Origin: an uncultured Gammaproteobacteria bacterium
GTDB taxonomy: Bacteria; Pseudomonadota; Gammaproteobacteria; Pseudomonadales; JAHEGP01
Length of the DNA stretch: 64,000 nt
Reading direction: 5' to 3'
Assembly: GCA_963751595.1 (NCBI GenBank)
Contig: CAVVVC010000012.1
Coordinates: 192,219 to 256,218, forward strand
Both the position numbers and the translations under genes were made by a program. Under the pieces are notes generated by a model, which saw only the letters and a program-made list of their open reading frames with translations, was not told the DNA's origin and made no database searches. Shown piece by piece: positions 37,684-46,518 of the stretch. Within the stretch, counting starts at the first letter, position 1. Every line of letters starts with the position of its first letter.

Positions 37684-38082
37684 ATGGCAACTGAAAAGAA
37701 AGCTTCGGCTAAACGCGCTCCAGCCAAGAAGGCTCCGGCCAAGAAGACTACCGCCAAGCAAGGCAGCGTAGCTTCTTTGAAGAACACTGCCGACAAGGCT
37801 ATCAATATCTACCTGGGCGTTATCGGTAAAAGCGCCGATAAACTGCAGGCTAACATCGAACAGGCTCGCAAAGACAACGAAAAGCGAGTCAAGGATCTGG
37901 AAAAGCGTGGCGCCAAGTTGCGCGCAGAGCTGACCAGTCGTTTCGAAAAAATCGAGCTGCCTGAGGTCGACGAAGTTATCGAAGACGCCAAGGAGCAACT
38001 GTCAAAGGTGCAGGGCAAGGTTCAGGACCGCGTTGAGGAAGTCGTAGAGAACGTGAAAGGCAAGTTGACTGCTGAAGCCTGA
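37684..38082 (+). CDS. phasin / PHA-granule-associated protein (PhaF/PhaI-like) with N-terminal AKKAP histone-H1-like repeats
   Basis: ATG 37684 with GGGAGAG upstream (the track ORF starts at 37618). N-terminus KKASAKRAPAKKAPAKKTTAK. Then INIYLGVIGKSADKLQANIEQARKDNEKRVKDLEKRGAKL, which resembles the phasin PhaF/PhaI family core. Confidence 0.65.
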   Translation: MATEKKASAKRAPAKKAPAKKTTAKQGSVASLKNTADKAINIYLGVIGKSADKLQANIEQARKDNEKRVKDLEKRGAKLRAELTSRFEKIELPEVDEVIEDAKEQLSKVQGKVQDRVEEVVENVKGKLTAEA

Positions 38083-38106
38083 TCTGGCGACTCGGTAGGC
38101 AACAGC

Positions 38107-38133
38107 CCCACCGCAATGGTGGGGTTTTTTTTG
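38107..38133 (+). terminator. rho-independent terminator of the phasin gene
   Basis: CCCCACC (38107-38113), loop GCAAT, GGTGGGG (38119-38125), followed by T8 (38126-38133). Lies 25 nt after the stop codon. Confidence 0.85.
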
Positions 38134-38174
38134 GCCGCTGTTTTTCCTGCCATAAAGCAGGCACCAGCGCATTA

Positions 38175-38302
38175 GCAGGCTGCTGAAAAACGTATTCGAG
38201 GCAGCGAGCGCAAGGCAAGAACCGGCGATGGGCAATAAATGACCGAGTTGAGCCGGTTTTTAACGCTGCGATCGCCACGCAGATAGTTTTTCAGCAGCCT
38301 GC
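38175..38302. repeat. 128-bp element bounded by perfect 17-bp inverted repeats (GCAGGCTGCTGAAAAAC / GTTTTTCAGCAGCCTGC)
   Basis: Read directly: 38175-38191 is the exact reverse complement of 38286-38302. The 94-bp core has no credible ORF. Confidence 0.55.
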
Positions 38303-38318
38303 CAGGCGGGGAGGGCGG

Positions 38319-39320
38319 CTATATCAGGTCATTCAACATCACGCCCAGGCCAATACGGGTCTGGTAATTGTCGTAGTCAATCAAACTGTCCCCGTAGCCG
38401 GTGAACAGTTGCGCGTACAGGCGCACACTGTCGCTAAGCGGATAACTCCAACCCACTTCTGCGCTGCCGGCTGCCCCCTGAAAACTGTAGCGGGTGCGCA
38501 ACGTGATCACGTGTCTTCGCCAGCGGTAACCGAAATCGAGATTGAAGCGCCCCAGGTAATCCTCGATATCCGGATTGTCGTCATTATCCTCGTCGCTTTC
38601 TTCTATTCGGTAATGGGGGCGGAAACTGGTGTAGAAATTACCCCTTTCGACCACGAAGTTGGCGAAGATACGATTCCAACTGCGCGAGATATCGCCGCTG
38701 CGGCCATTGGACTGATGGTTGTAGCCCAACTCGATCCAGCGCAATTTGGCGCCCCAAAGCTCCATCCGGGTAGCCCACGCGCCAAACAGCTGGGGCTGGT
38801 AATCCGTCTCGCGAAATGGCGATGATATTTCCGTGTTCAGGGCCTGCCACATCGACAGCTGGGTATAGGATGCCATCAGCGCCGAGTTCTTGCCGAACAA
38901 ACCACGCCATAGCGGAATCATGATGCTGAGCTGGAATTTGATTTCATGATCATCGTACTGTTCGGCTTCATCTAAACCGGCGTCGCTGTAGAGCGACCTG
39001 TTAATGCCATTGGCATAACTGTAAGTGATGTAGTTCTGGTCATAGGGCACCAGGTAGAAGGGGTTTCGGGGAGATTCGAAAATCTCTTCTATCTTGCGGT
39101 CGGTGGCAGAGCGAGTGTCCGGAATCGAACTGGAGTGCGGGGCGCCACCGCTGTCTTGATCGTGCCCGGCATCGTCCGTGTCGGTCAGCTGATTGTTGTC
39201 ATCATTGCCGGTAGCGGTACCCGCGGCGACCAGCAAGCACAGCGCTGTCACCAGCAGCGATTGCGGCCGGGCTCGAACCTTGCGCTGCTGAACCGCGCCG
39301 AAGTTCTGGCCTTCAGTCAT
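38319..39320 (-). CDS. pldA: outer-membrane phospholipase A (OMPLA)
   Basis: 333 aa. Catalytic block LGYNHQSNGRSGDISRSWNR (His-x-Ser ... Asn), as in E. coli PldA. Signal-like LLVTALCLLVAAGTATG. Confidence 0.9.
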   Translation of the reverse strand: MTEGQNFGAVQQRKVRARPQSLLVTALCLLVAAGTATGNDDNNQLTDTDDAGHDQDSGGAPHSSSIPDTRSATDRKIEEIFESPRNPFYLVPYDQNYITYSYANGINRSLYSDAGLDEAEQYDDHEIKFQLSIMIPLWRGLFGKNSALMASYTQLSMWQALNTEISSPFRETDYQPQLFGAWATRMELWGAKLRWIELGYNHQSNGRSGDISRSWNRIFANFVVERGNFYTSFRPHYRIEESDEDNDDNPDIEDYLGRFNLDFGYRWRRHVITLRTRYSFQGAAGSAEVGWSYPLSDSVRLYAQLFTGYGDSLIDYDNYQTRIGLGVMLNDLI

Positions 39321-39711
39321 TTAGCGGATCCTCACCGGGCTGCCAACTCGCCAGGTACTTTTCGTGGAGGTGAAAGTCTTCACCGGGGTGCTCTGTCAGC
39401 GTGACATAGATGTGTGCTTTGGGAATCGCCAGGCACTGGTGGAGGAGGTCGATGAAACCGAGGGTCAACGCCCGGCGCTGTTTCAGGGTGCGACCGGCGC
39501 GGATGTCGGCATTGATCAGGCCGATCCCGGCCTGGGGCTGACTGACGCGGCCAAGGGACAGGCTCCAGGTGTCGAATTCACGAATCGACAGGCTGATGTG
39601 ATCGGTGCCGGTTGCCATGATATCGGCAAAAAGCTGATTGACTTCCCGGGCAAGCCTCTGTTTGTCCGTGTCAGTCAAGGTTTTGTTGATTTCGATCTGG
39701 ATATGCGGCAT
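39313..39711 (-). CDS. tautomerase-superfamily protein (fused double 4-OT-like fold, Pro-1)
   Basis: 132 aa starting MPHIQIEI (Pro-1 after Met removal). Two beta-alpha-beta units: PHIQIEINKTLTDTDKQRLAREVNQLF and GLINADIRAGRTLKQRRALTLGFIDLL. Overlaps the pldA start by 8 nt. Confidence 0.6.
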   Translation of the reverse strand: MPHIQIEINKTLTDTDKQRLAREVNQLFADIMATGTDHISLSIREFDTWSLSLGRVSQPQAGIGLINADIRAGRTLKQRRALTLGFIDLLHQCLAIPKAHIYVTLTEHPGEDFHLHEKYLASWQPGEDPLND

Positions 39712-39760
39712 TGGCCTGGTGATTTATCCTGCAATGGTTGCAGCAACCGGCAGCTCCGGG

Positions 39761-41278
39761 TTATCCCGCTGGTGCTGTTTTTTCGTCCGGGTCAGCGACT
39801 GTCTCGATTCGATTGACGCCATCGTTGCTCATGACAATACGATAGTGGAGGAATTTGCGCGTCGAAGCGGATCGAAACTCCAGAATCAGATGGATATGGT
39901 AGGTATAGCGCCCGCGGTGCTTTTCGTAGTTGGTTTCGTTGGGGATAAACAGCCGGCTCTTGCTTTTTTCCATCTTGCGGGCAAAGCGCGTGAAATCGAA
40001 GCGAATGATCTGTCGCAGGCTGTGGATACCGCTGTTGGGAAAAGCGTCGGTCATCCTCTTGGGATAAAGTCTTGATTTGCTCCGGTAAAGTGCGTTGTGA
40101 TCGCCCACGTAGTCGTTGTCGATGTTATCCAGAACATGGCGGTTTCGCCGCCTGACGATTTCCGGGTCCAGTCCCGAGCCCTGGGTAAAGCCGAAGCTTT
40201 CAAACTGAACCCCGAGGGGTTTGCCGGTCACGTCGCTGCGAATGGTGTTCCTGAAGTCGTGAAACAAACGCTGTCCCCTGGATTTCAGGTAGTCCTGGGT
40301 AAGGGCCTTGATGCGGTCCTTGAACATATAGCTGATAACCAGGATGACGAAAAAAGTTGTGGTCCAGTTGTCGAAGCGGACGTGGGCGATAAAGGTTGCG
40401 GCGGTGGCAAAAACCATCGAGATGCCAGCAGCCATGCTGAGCAGGAGCTCCCGGGCCAGGCGGCTGTCCGGTTTGTTCTCGGTGGTCATGAAGTAAAGGG
40501 TTTCAATATAGGTGCGCAGGGTCTTGCGCCGATACACCAGGGCTTCGTTGTTACGCTTCGCATCGGGTATCGATGGGTAGGCGTTCTCGATCCGGTAGTC
40601 GAGTTCCCCGCGGGCCGTGGCAAACAGTTCGGTGACGAGGTCAGCATGTCCTTCCAGGCCGCGCTGCCTGATGGAGTGCGCCAGGCGGCAGCAGGCATCT
40701 TCCACCAGCAGGCTCAGGTATTCGTCGCAGCGATCGAAGATCGGTTGAAACTCGACCAGCGCGGGGGGCTCCTGCAGGGGCCCACGCAGTTGACGAAATT
40801 CGTGTAGCAGTTTTCCTGACAGGCTTATGAACGTTTCCGCGGCCTCGGTTGAAACATCCCTGCCGCGCAGCTCCAGGGACTCTTCGAGCTGGGTGTCCAC
40901 GGCGGCTTTGAAAAACCGGCAAAAAGTCCGTGCGGCAGTTTCGAAATCCTGCGTAAGCTGCTCCCGCTCCTGTGCCTGGCATTCCCGGGCCCTGGTGATG
41001 CTTTCATACATCAGTGAGAGCAGGCCACCGTCACTGTCCAGCATCTGCGCCAGGGTTTGCTGTCGGGGCACCAGCTCGGAGTAGCGCTGCAGGTCGCGAT
41101 AAAACAGGTAGCCGGGATACGTATTCTTGTTGATACCCAGGCTGCGGGGGATAAACAGATAGGCGTCGACGGTGTGGGCCATCATCGCCTTGTCGCTATC
41201 CAGAGGATAGTCCACGTTCAGCTCGATTTGAGTCTTTGAGCGCTTTTTGAGCTTTACTTCGAGGGTGATAGCAGTCAC
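39761..41278 (-). CDS. hypothetical membrane protein, 505 aa, no family recognised
   Basis: GTG start at 41278. About 290 aa of soluble helical N-region, two adjacent TM helices (LLLSMAAGISMVFATAATFIAHV, WTTTFFVILVISYMF), and about 170 aa of basic C-terminal region. Coding-like codon bias. Confidence 0.6.
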   Translation of the reverse strand: MTAITLEVKLKKRSKTQIELNVDYPLDSDKAMMAHTVDAYLFIPRSLGINKNTYPGYLFYRDLQRYSELVPRQQTLAQMLDSDGGLLSLMYESITRARECQAQEREQLTQDFETAARTFCRFFKAAVDTQLEESLELRGRDVSTEAAETFISLSGKLLHEFRQLRGPLQEPPALVEFQPIFDRCDEYLSLLVEDACCRLAHSIRQRGLEGHADLVTELFATARGELDYRIENAYPSIPDAKRNNEALVYRRKTLRTYIETLYFMTTENKPDSRLARELLLSMAAGISMVFATAATFIAHVRFDNWTTTFFVILVISYMFKDRIKALTQDYLKSRGQRLFHDFRNTIRSDVTGKPLGVQFESFGFTQGSGLDPEIVRRRNRHVLDNIDNDYVGDHNALYRSKSRLYPKRMTDAFPNSGIHSLRQIIRFDFTRFARKMEKSKSRLFIPNETNYEKHRGRYTYHIHLILEFRSASTRKFLHYRIVMSNDGVNRIETVADPDEKTAPAG

Positions 41279-41422
41279 CTCCCAATGCTAGTCGTCGCTG
41301 ACTGTCGGTCCGGGCCCTGGAGTACCCGCGAGTGGCAGACGCTCGACGCGTTATTTTTTTGTGCTTAGAGGATAATCTTCTGGCGACAAAAAAGCCAGAC
41401 GTAGGTCAAGGATATTGGCGGA

Positions 41423-42820
41423 TTAGCCAGCCTGTGATTCGTTCCGGAAATCTCCAGCGGCCCGTGCACGGCGAATTTCCTCATCCAGCAGGCGGCGGTT
41501 GAAACGGGTCAGTATGAGCCGGGGCTGGATGAATCTCCCGCCTACCGGGATTACCCTTGAACCCAGCAGTGGCGAGAAGAAATGGGCTTGGGTCAAGAGT
41601 TCGTCCAGGCTGAGCGATGGTTGGTATCGATCGCGAATGGCGTGGACAAACTTGCGCGTTCGAAAGGCGTCGAACCAGGTGGCAAGATGACGGGCGAAGC
41701 GCACTGGATCCCGGCTTTGCTGGCGGGCATGGGCCAGGGCGCGGCCCATACCCAGATCCTCGAGTACGGCGACAAAGGCAGCGCGCGGGCGCCGCTCGAG
41801 CTGATTCTGCCACTGGGCAAGGGGCTGCTCTGACTGTACCAGCCGTCCCATTGATTCCAGTGCCTTCCGTAGCTCCTCGAAACACCGGGGATGGTAAAAG
41901 CAATAGTCTTCGATCGGATTGGCCAGCCCCAGAATCTTGTCGCAGGCGGGGCCGGTGCCGAAGGGAACCCGGTCGGAGCTGCGGCCGGCAATTCCCAGGC
42001 AGGCTTCTGGCAGCGCCCTGACGGGCCCGGTTTTTGCCAGCTTGTTGAGAATATAAAAGTCCTCGCCGGCGCTGCGCCTGGGGAAGCCGCGAACCATGGC
42101 GTAGTTGATGTAATGTATCGCCAGGGTGCTGCCGACCGTATGTATGGCGTAGGGCGAGCCCGCCCAGCGCAGCCCGGCGACATAGTAACGCAGGGACAAC
42201 TCGTAGAGTTGGACGGCAAGGCCAGCGTCACCCGGCGGTGAGCCGTGGCGGAAAGGGTAGAGCAGGGCGCTGGCCCCGGGTGGTGTTTGCTCCGAAACGG
42301 TAAAATAATTGCTTGGCCAGCGCACGTCGGCGTCGCTGGAGTGTATCCAGGGGCTAGTCACCAAACCCCGGTGAATGAAAAGGCAGGCGATATCGGCCGC
42401 GATCTTGCGTGCCAGGCCAACCCCCTGCTGTGCCGGAATGCCGCGACCGCGGGAATAGCGGTCGATGGCGAGCAAGGTGTTGCCGCGCCCCAGGTCGAAA
42501 TACTCGCCGTAGCGGTCCCGGGCCAGCCCCGGGTAGCGTCGTTCGATCCGTCGAGCCAGCACCGTCTCGGCGCAGTTGGGCGCCACGTCAGCCGGGGCTG
42601 GGGTTTCGCTGGCGAGGGTGGGACGGTTGATGACCAGAATGATCAGAACCCCCCGGTAGCGGGCCATCAGGGTGTCGATTCGCTCAAGCAGGGAGCCGTT
42701 CTCCCGATAGGCTACCAGGGCCAGCACACAGCGGTACCGGTTTTGGGGAGGGGACAACACACCGGATTCGACTTCCGCCCAGGACCGGAGATACTTGGCG
42801 ATTGCCTTGGCCTGGTTCAC
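41423..42820 (-). CDS. putative GT-A-fold glycosyltransferase-like protein with long helical C-terminal extension, family not recognised
   Basis: 465 aa. The motif order is typical of GT-A/GT2 enzymes: CVLALVAYRENG, GVGLARKIAADIA, IHSSDADV (DxD-like) and SAGEDFYILNKL. The start is 9 nt after the miaE stop. Confidence 0.5.
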   Translation of the reverse strand: MNQAKAIAKYLRSWAEVESGVLSPPQNRYRCVLALVAYRENGSLLERIDTLMARYRGVLIILVINRPTLASETPAPADVAPNCAETVLARRIERRYPGLARDRYGEYFDLGRGNTLLAIDRYSRGRGIPAQQGVGLARKIAADIACLFIHRGLVTSPWIHSSDADVRWPSNYFTVSEQTPPGASALLYPFRHGSPPGDAGLAVQLYELSLRYYVAGLRWAGSPYAIHTVGSTLAIHYINYAMVRGFPRRSAGEDFYILNKLAKTGPVRALPEACLGIAGRSSDRVPFGTGPACDKILGLANPIEDYCFYHPRCFEELRKALESMGRLVQSEQPLAQWQNQLERRPRAAFVAVLEDLGMGRALAHARQQSRDPVRFARHLATWFDAFRTRKFVHAIRDRYQPSLSLDELLTQAHFFSPLLGSRVIPVGGRFIQPRLILTRFNRRLLDEEIRRARAAGDFRNESQAG

Positions 42821-42829
42821 AGCAGGGTG

Positions 42830-43402
42830 TTAGTGCAAAGCGGCGCGATGGGGCAGGTCGGCGCAGATGGCGGCTTCTGTCCGCAGGAGGCAGGCGACGC
42901 GCTGGTCGATGTCGGCACGGGGGAAATACAGCCCGGCGAGTTCAAAGAATGTTTCGTAGTGACGCATTTCCGAGCGGGCAATGGCACGGTAGAAGGTCTT
43001 CAGCTTACCGCTTGGCAGCGCGTCCCCGATCAGGCCAAAGCGCTCGGCGCCCCGGGCTTCGATGATTCCCGCGATTAATAACTGGTCGAGAAAGTAGGCG
43101 TCGGCACCTTTGCGGATCGACTTGCGCAGTTGGGTGACGTAAGGGTCCTTTTCATCGGCGCCGGGATGCTGTCCGCGTTGGTGCAACAGCTTCACTACTT
43201 CGCGGTAGTGGGTCAACTCCTCGATGGCAAGGTCGGTCATGACCTCCACCAGGCGCGTGCGGTCGGGGTAGTGTGAGATCATGTTGATGGCCATGCCGGA
43301 GGCCTTCTTTTCGGCCGAGGCATGATCGCGAAGAAAATCGTTGAAGTTAGCCAGCACAGCGTCGAGCCAGCCGGGGGAACTCGGAGAAAGCAGGATTGAC
43401 AT
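42830..43402 (-). CDS. miaE: tRNA-(ms2io6A37)-hydroxylase MiaE
   Basis: 190 aa. Ferritin-like diiron protein with paired ExxH motifs (AIEELTHYREV, ARSEMRHYETF) and the family N-terminus WLDAVLANFNDFLRDHASAEKKASGMA. Confidence 0.85.
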   Translation of the reverse strand: MSILLSPSSPGWLDAVLANFNDFLRDHASAEKKASGMAINMISHYPDRTRLVEVMTDLAIEELTHYREVVKLLHQRGQHPGADEKDPYVTQLRKSIRKGADAYFLDQLLIAGIIEARGAERFGLIGDALPSGKLKTFYRAIARSEMRHYETFFELAGLYFPRADIDQRVACLLRTEAAICADLPHRAALH

Positions 43403-43438
43403 GCAGGGGCCGGTACTTGAACAAAGCGGTATTTTAAC

Positions 43439-43463
43439 GGCGCTGGCGAAGAATGCCAGCGCC
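43439..43463 (-). other. GC-rich stem-loop (9-bp perfect stem GGCGCTGGC/GCCAGCGCC, 7-nt loop) between ytfJ-like and miaE
   Basis: Read directly. No clear U-tract on either strand, so possibly a weak terminator, an attenuator or an mRNA-stability element. Confidence 0.35.
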
Positions 43464-43512
43464 CTATCAAAGCCTGTGGACCCGCTTTACCAGGGGCCAA
43501 GGTCGCCCGGGG

Positions 43513-44112
43513 CTATAGCTTTTCCTTGATGGCAGCGACTGCGGAAGCAATGTCATCGGCGTTCATCTTGCCGTCCTTGAAAAACAGAACGGTGTTATCT
43601 TTGTCCAGCACGATCACCGCCGAGCTTTTTTTCTTGAGGCCCCATTTTTGCAGGGCGACGCCCTTTTCATCCACTACATAGTATGCATAGGCGGTCTCTT
43701 TCTGGCTGTCTTCCAGCTGACCCTTGGCGATTCCCGCGGTGCCCCAGAGGGCGTCATCGGTATTGAGAATGGTTATGGTCTTGTAGGGGGAGTCCGGCGC
43801 TGTCTCTGGCAATTCAGCCTCGATCAGGGCGTCGATATAGGGCTGATTGATACCGTCGATACCAGCGCGCGCGGCCAGGTGATAGATCGTCCTGACGGTA
43901 CCGGCGGAGGCATCGCTGTCGAAGGCCTTGAAGCCGATATCGCTGCCGTCCCTGTGAACCATCGTGCCGTCGACGACGTCATAGTCGATCACCATCTCAC
44001 CCTTGTTTTCTATTACCACGGAGGGCAATTTTTCGCCGACTTTGATGGCCGATGCACCGGAGGCATTGGCCGCCGCGAAGAGGGCGGCAATGAATAGCGT
44101 GGTTGTTTCCAT
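43513..44112 (-). CDS. YtfJ-family periplasmic (thioredoxin-like) protein
   Basis: 199 aa. Signal TTLFIAALFAAANASGASA. Length and blocks (GEKLPSVVIENKGEMV, TIYHLAARAG, YKTITILNTDDALWGT) resemble the YtfJ/HI0045 family as I recall it. Confidence 0.55.
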   Translation of the reverse strand: METTTLFIAALFAAANASGASAIKVGEKLPSVVIENKGEMVIDYDVVDGTMVHRDGSDIGFKAFDSDASAGTVRTIYHLAARAGIDGINQPYIDALIEAELPETAPDSPYKTITILNTDDALWGTAGIAKGQLEDSQKETAYAYYVVDEKGVALQKWGLKKKSSAVIVLDKDNTVLFFKDGKMNADDIASAVAAIKEKL

Positions 44113-44201
44113 GATTTTTATTGACTCCTGCTATATTAGTTCAACAAAAATGCTTACCCTGATCTGGCAAGCACTCTGGGCCCAGCATAAAGTCACCGGG
44201 C

Positions 44202-45149
44202 TCAAAGATCTATTTTTTGCTTGGCGCCCGCCCCCCAATCACCGGCGCGTGCGCTCTGTTGTTCGGCGGCTGGCTCATCCCGATGCTTTAGCGCGGCGAA
44301 AAACTGGCGAATCGGCTCCAGCACCTGCTCATTGGTGGTCACGTGGGCGCCGAGCGCGAGTAGCGTTCCGGCATGTGCCATGCCGGGCACCGTTTCCAGC
44401 TGCGCATCGGGTGCTGCCTCGGCAAGACGCACGGAATTCAGTGGCTTTACGGTTCTGTCACGGTCGCCAGTAATCAACAACAGCCGCGGCATACCGTCGA
44501 GATTCTGTGCCACGGGTTGGGTCGCCGCGCGGGGTGCGTCACCAAACGCCGCCTGGGCCGGGCCCACAACGTACGGGTAGAAGTCGTAGGGGCCCGACAG
44601 GCCGATAATGCCGGCTATCGCCTGCCGGCTGAGACCGACGGCGTTCAGGTAGTCGGGATCGGCACCCAGTTGCACGGCGATGTAGGCGCCGGCGGAGTGC
44701 CCGGCAAGGATCACCGGGCCAGGGGAGATTTTAAGGGGATTCACCTCGGCGTACTCGATAAGCCGGTGTACCGCCGTGGCACCATCGTCCAGGAAAGCGG
44801 GGAACTGAATCTCGGGCACCAGGCGGTAATCCGGTATGGCCACGGCATAGCCCATCTCGGTAAAGCGCCGGGCAACAAAACTGTAATGGCCCTTGTTGCC
44901 TGAATCCCAGCCGCCGCCATAGAACCACACAAGCAGGGGCGCCGGCTGCGCGGAACCCCGGGGGAGGTAGATATCGATAGTCTGCCGTTGGTGCGGACCA
45001 TAGGCCAGATTCTCTACAGCGGGCTCGACGCTTCCGGATTGGAAATAGTTATAGGTACCCAGCGCGCTGCAGCCACTTAGCAGCACCGCGGAACCCAGGA
45101 CAACGCCGGCCAGCAATGATCGGGTGGATGCAGATGAACGTGTGGACAT
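44202..45149 (-). CDS. alpha/beta-hydrolase lipoprotein (esterase/lipase type)
   Basis: I prefer ATG 45149, which gives MSTRSSASTRSLLAGVVLGSAVLLSGC (lipobox LLSGC). HGGG-like oxyanion block WFYGGGW. Nucleophile elbow ILAGHSAGAYIA. Confidence 0.85.
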   Translation of the reverse strand: MSTRSSASTRSLLAGVVLGSAVLLSGCSALGTYNYFQSGSVEPAVENLAYGPHQRQTIDIYLPRGSAQPAPLLVWFYGGGWDSGNKGHYSFVARRFTEMGYAVAIPDYRLVPEIQFPAFLDDGATAVHRLIEYAEVNPLKISPGPVILAGHSAGAYIAVQLGADPDYLNAVGLSRQAIAGIIGLSGPYDFYPYVVGPAQAAFGDAPRAATQPVAQNLDGMPRLLLITGDRDRTVKPLNSVRLAEAAPDAQLETVPGMAHAGTLLALGAHVTTNEQVLEPIRQFFAALKHRDEPAAEQQSARAGDWGAGAKQKIDL

Positions 45150-45384
45150 GGCACTCTCGGGCAACCTCTGAACAAGCCTCTAATGTATACAGGGTGTGGG
45201 ACAAACTGGATCATTTACTCGGGGTTGGCGAGCTCGAAGCCGGCCCAGCCGTAATACCGATGCCCTGGGGATATTGACGTAATCCTCAAACCCGCGGCAA
45301 CCGTAAATTCGTGCAATGCAAGGCTTTCGTCCGCGGGGTGACCTGTGCCTCCGGCCACGAAGCGATTGGCAAAGGAAAACAGTT

Positions 45385-46518
45385 ATGAAACTTAAAATCT
45401 TGGTGATACTGGGAGCGGCCTCCCTCTTTGCGTGTGCTGCGCAAACCCGGGGCCTGCCGTTTCAGGTTGAGACGGTGGCTGATTTGGACGAGCCTTGGGC
45501 CCTGGCTTTCCTGCCCGATGGCCGTATGCTGGTGACTGAAAAAGCTGGCAAACTGCTGATCGTAAGCCAGGACGGCAATACCTCAGGGGCCGTTGCCGGA
45601 GTACCCAGCGTCGATTATGGGGGCCAGGGCGGGCTCGGTGACGTCGCACTGCACCCGAATTTTGCTGTCAACCGCCAGCTCTACCTCAGTTACGCCGAGG
45701 CGGGGCAGGGCGAGGAGCGGGGCGCGGCAGTCGCCCGCGCAACCCTCTCTGAAAACGGCGCCGGGGCAGTGCTTGAAGATGTCGAAGTTATCTGGCGCCA
45801 GGTGCCCAAGGTGTCGGGGCGGGGGCACTACGCGCATCGCCTGTTGTTCGACGAGCAGGGTTTCTTGTGGATCTCCTCCGGCGAACGCCAGAAGTTCACT
45901 CCCTCCCAGGACATGCAGAGCAACCTGGGCAAACTGCTGCGGCTGCGAGACGACGGCAGCATCCCCGGAGACAACCCCTTCGTGGGTTCCCAGGGTGATG
46001 AGGGGCGGAGCGGAACAGTGCCGGTTTCCGCACAGGTTTGGTCATTGGGGCATCGCAACCCCCTGGGCATGGACCTCGATCTGCAAGGGCGTCTCTGGGC
46101 GATTGAAATGGGCCCCGCCGGGGGCGATGAACTGAACCTGATCCAGCGCGGCGGCAACTACGGTTATCCGCTGGTTTCCAATGGCGATCATTACAACGGT
46201 GACCCCATCCCCGACCACAGCACCAGGCCAGAGTTCATCGAGCCCGCCATCTGGTGGAAACCGGTTATCTCACCCGCGGATCTGACCGTCTATCGCGGCG
46301 ATCTCTTCGCCGACTGGCGTGGCAACGCCCTGGTTGCCGGTCTCGGTTCCCGGGGCATCGTGCGCATCGCCCTGGACCGGGACGGTGCCCGGGAAGTGGA
46401 GCGTTACGACCTCGACGCCCGCATTCGCAGCGTGGTGGAGGGACCCAACGGTGCTCTCTGGGTGCTCGAGGATGAGCGGGGCAGCAGCAAGGGCCGGTTG
46501 TTGAAACTCACCCCCTGA
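45385..46518 (+). CDS. PQQ-dependent sugar dehydrogenase (soluble aldose dehydrogenase, YliI-like), lipoprotein
   Basis: ATG 45385 (AAGGAA upstream) gives MKLKILVILGAASLFAC. Blocks PWALAFLPDGRMLVTEK, HRNPLGMDLD, GGDELNLIQRGGNYGYP. Confidence 0.85.
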   Translation: MKLKILVILGAASLFACAAQTRGLPFQVETVADLDEPWALAFLPDGRMLVTEKAGKLLIVSQDGNTSGAVAGVPSVDYGGQGGLGDVALHPNFAVNRQLYLSYAEAGQGEERGAAVARATLSENGAGAVLEDVEVIWRQVPKVSGRGHYAHRLLFDEQGFLWISSGERQKFTPSQDMQSNLGKLLRLRDDGSIPGDNPFVGSQGDEGRSGTVPVSAQVWSLGHRNPLGMDLDLQGRLWAIEMGPAGGDELNLIQRGGNYGYPLVSNGDHYNGDPIPDHSTRPEFIEPAIWWKPVISPADLTVYRGDLFADWRGNALVAGLGSRGIVRIALDRDGAREVERYDLDARIRSVVEGPNGALWVLEDERGSSKGRLLKLTP

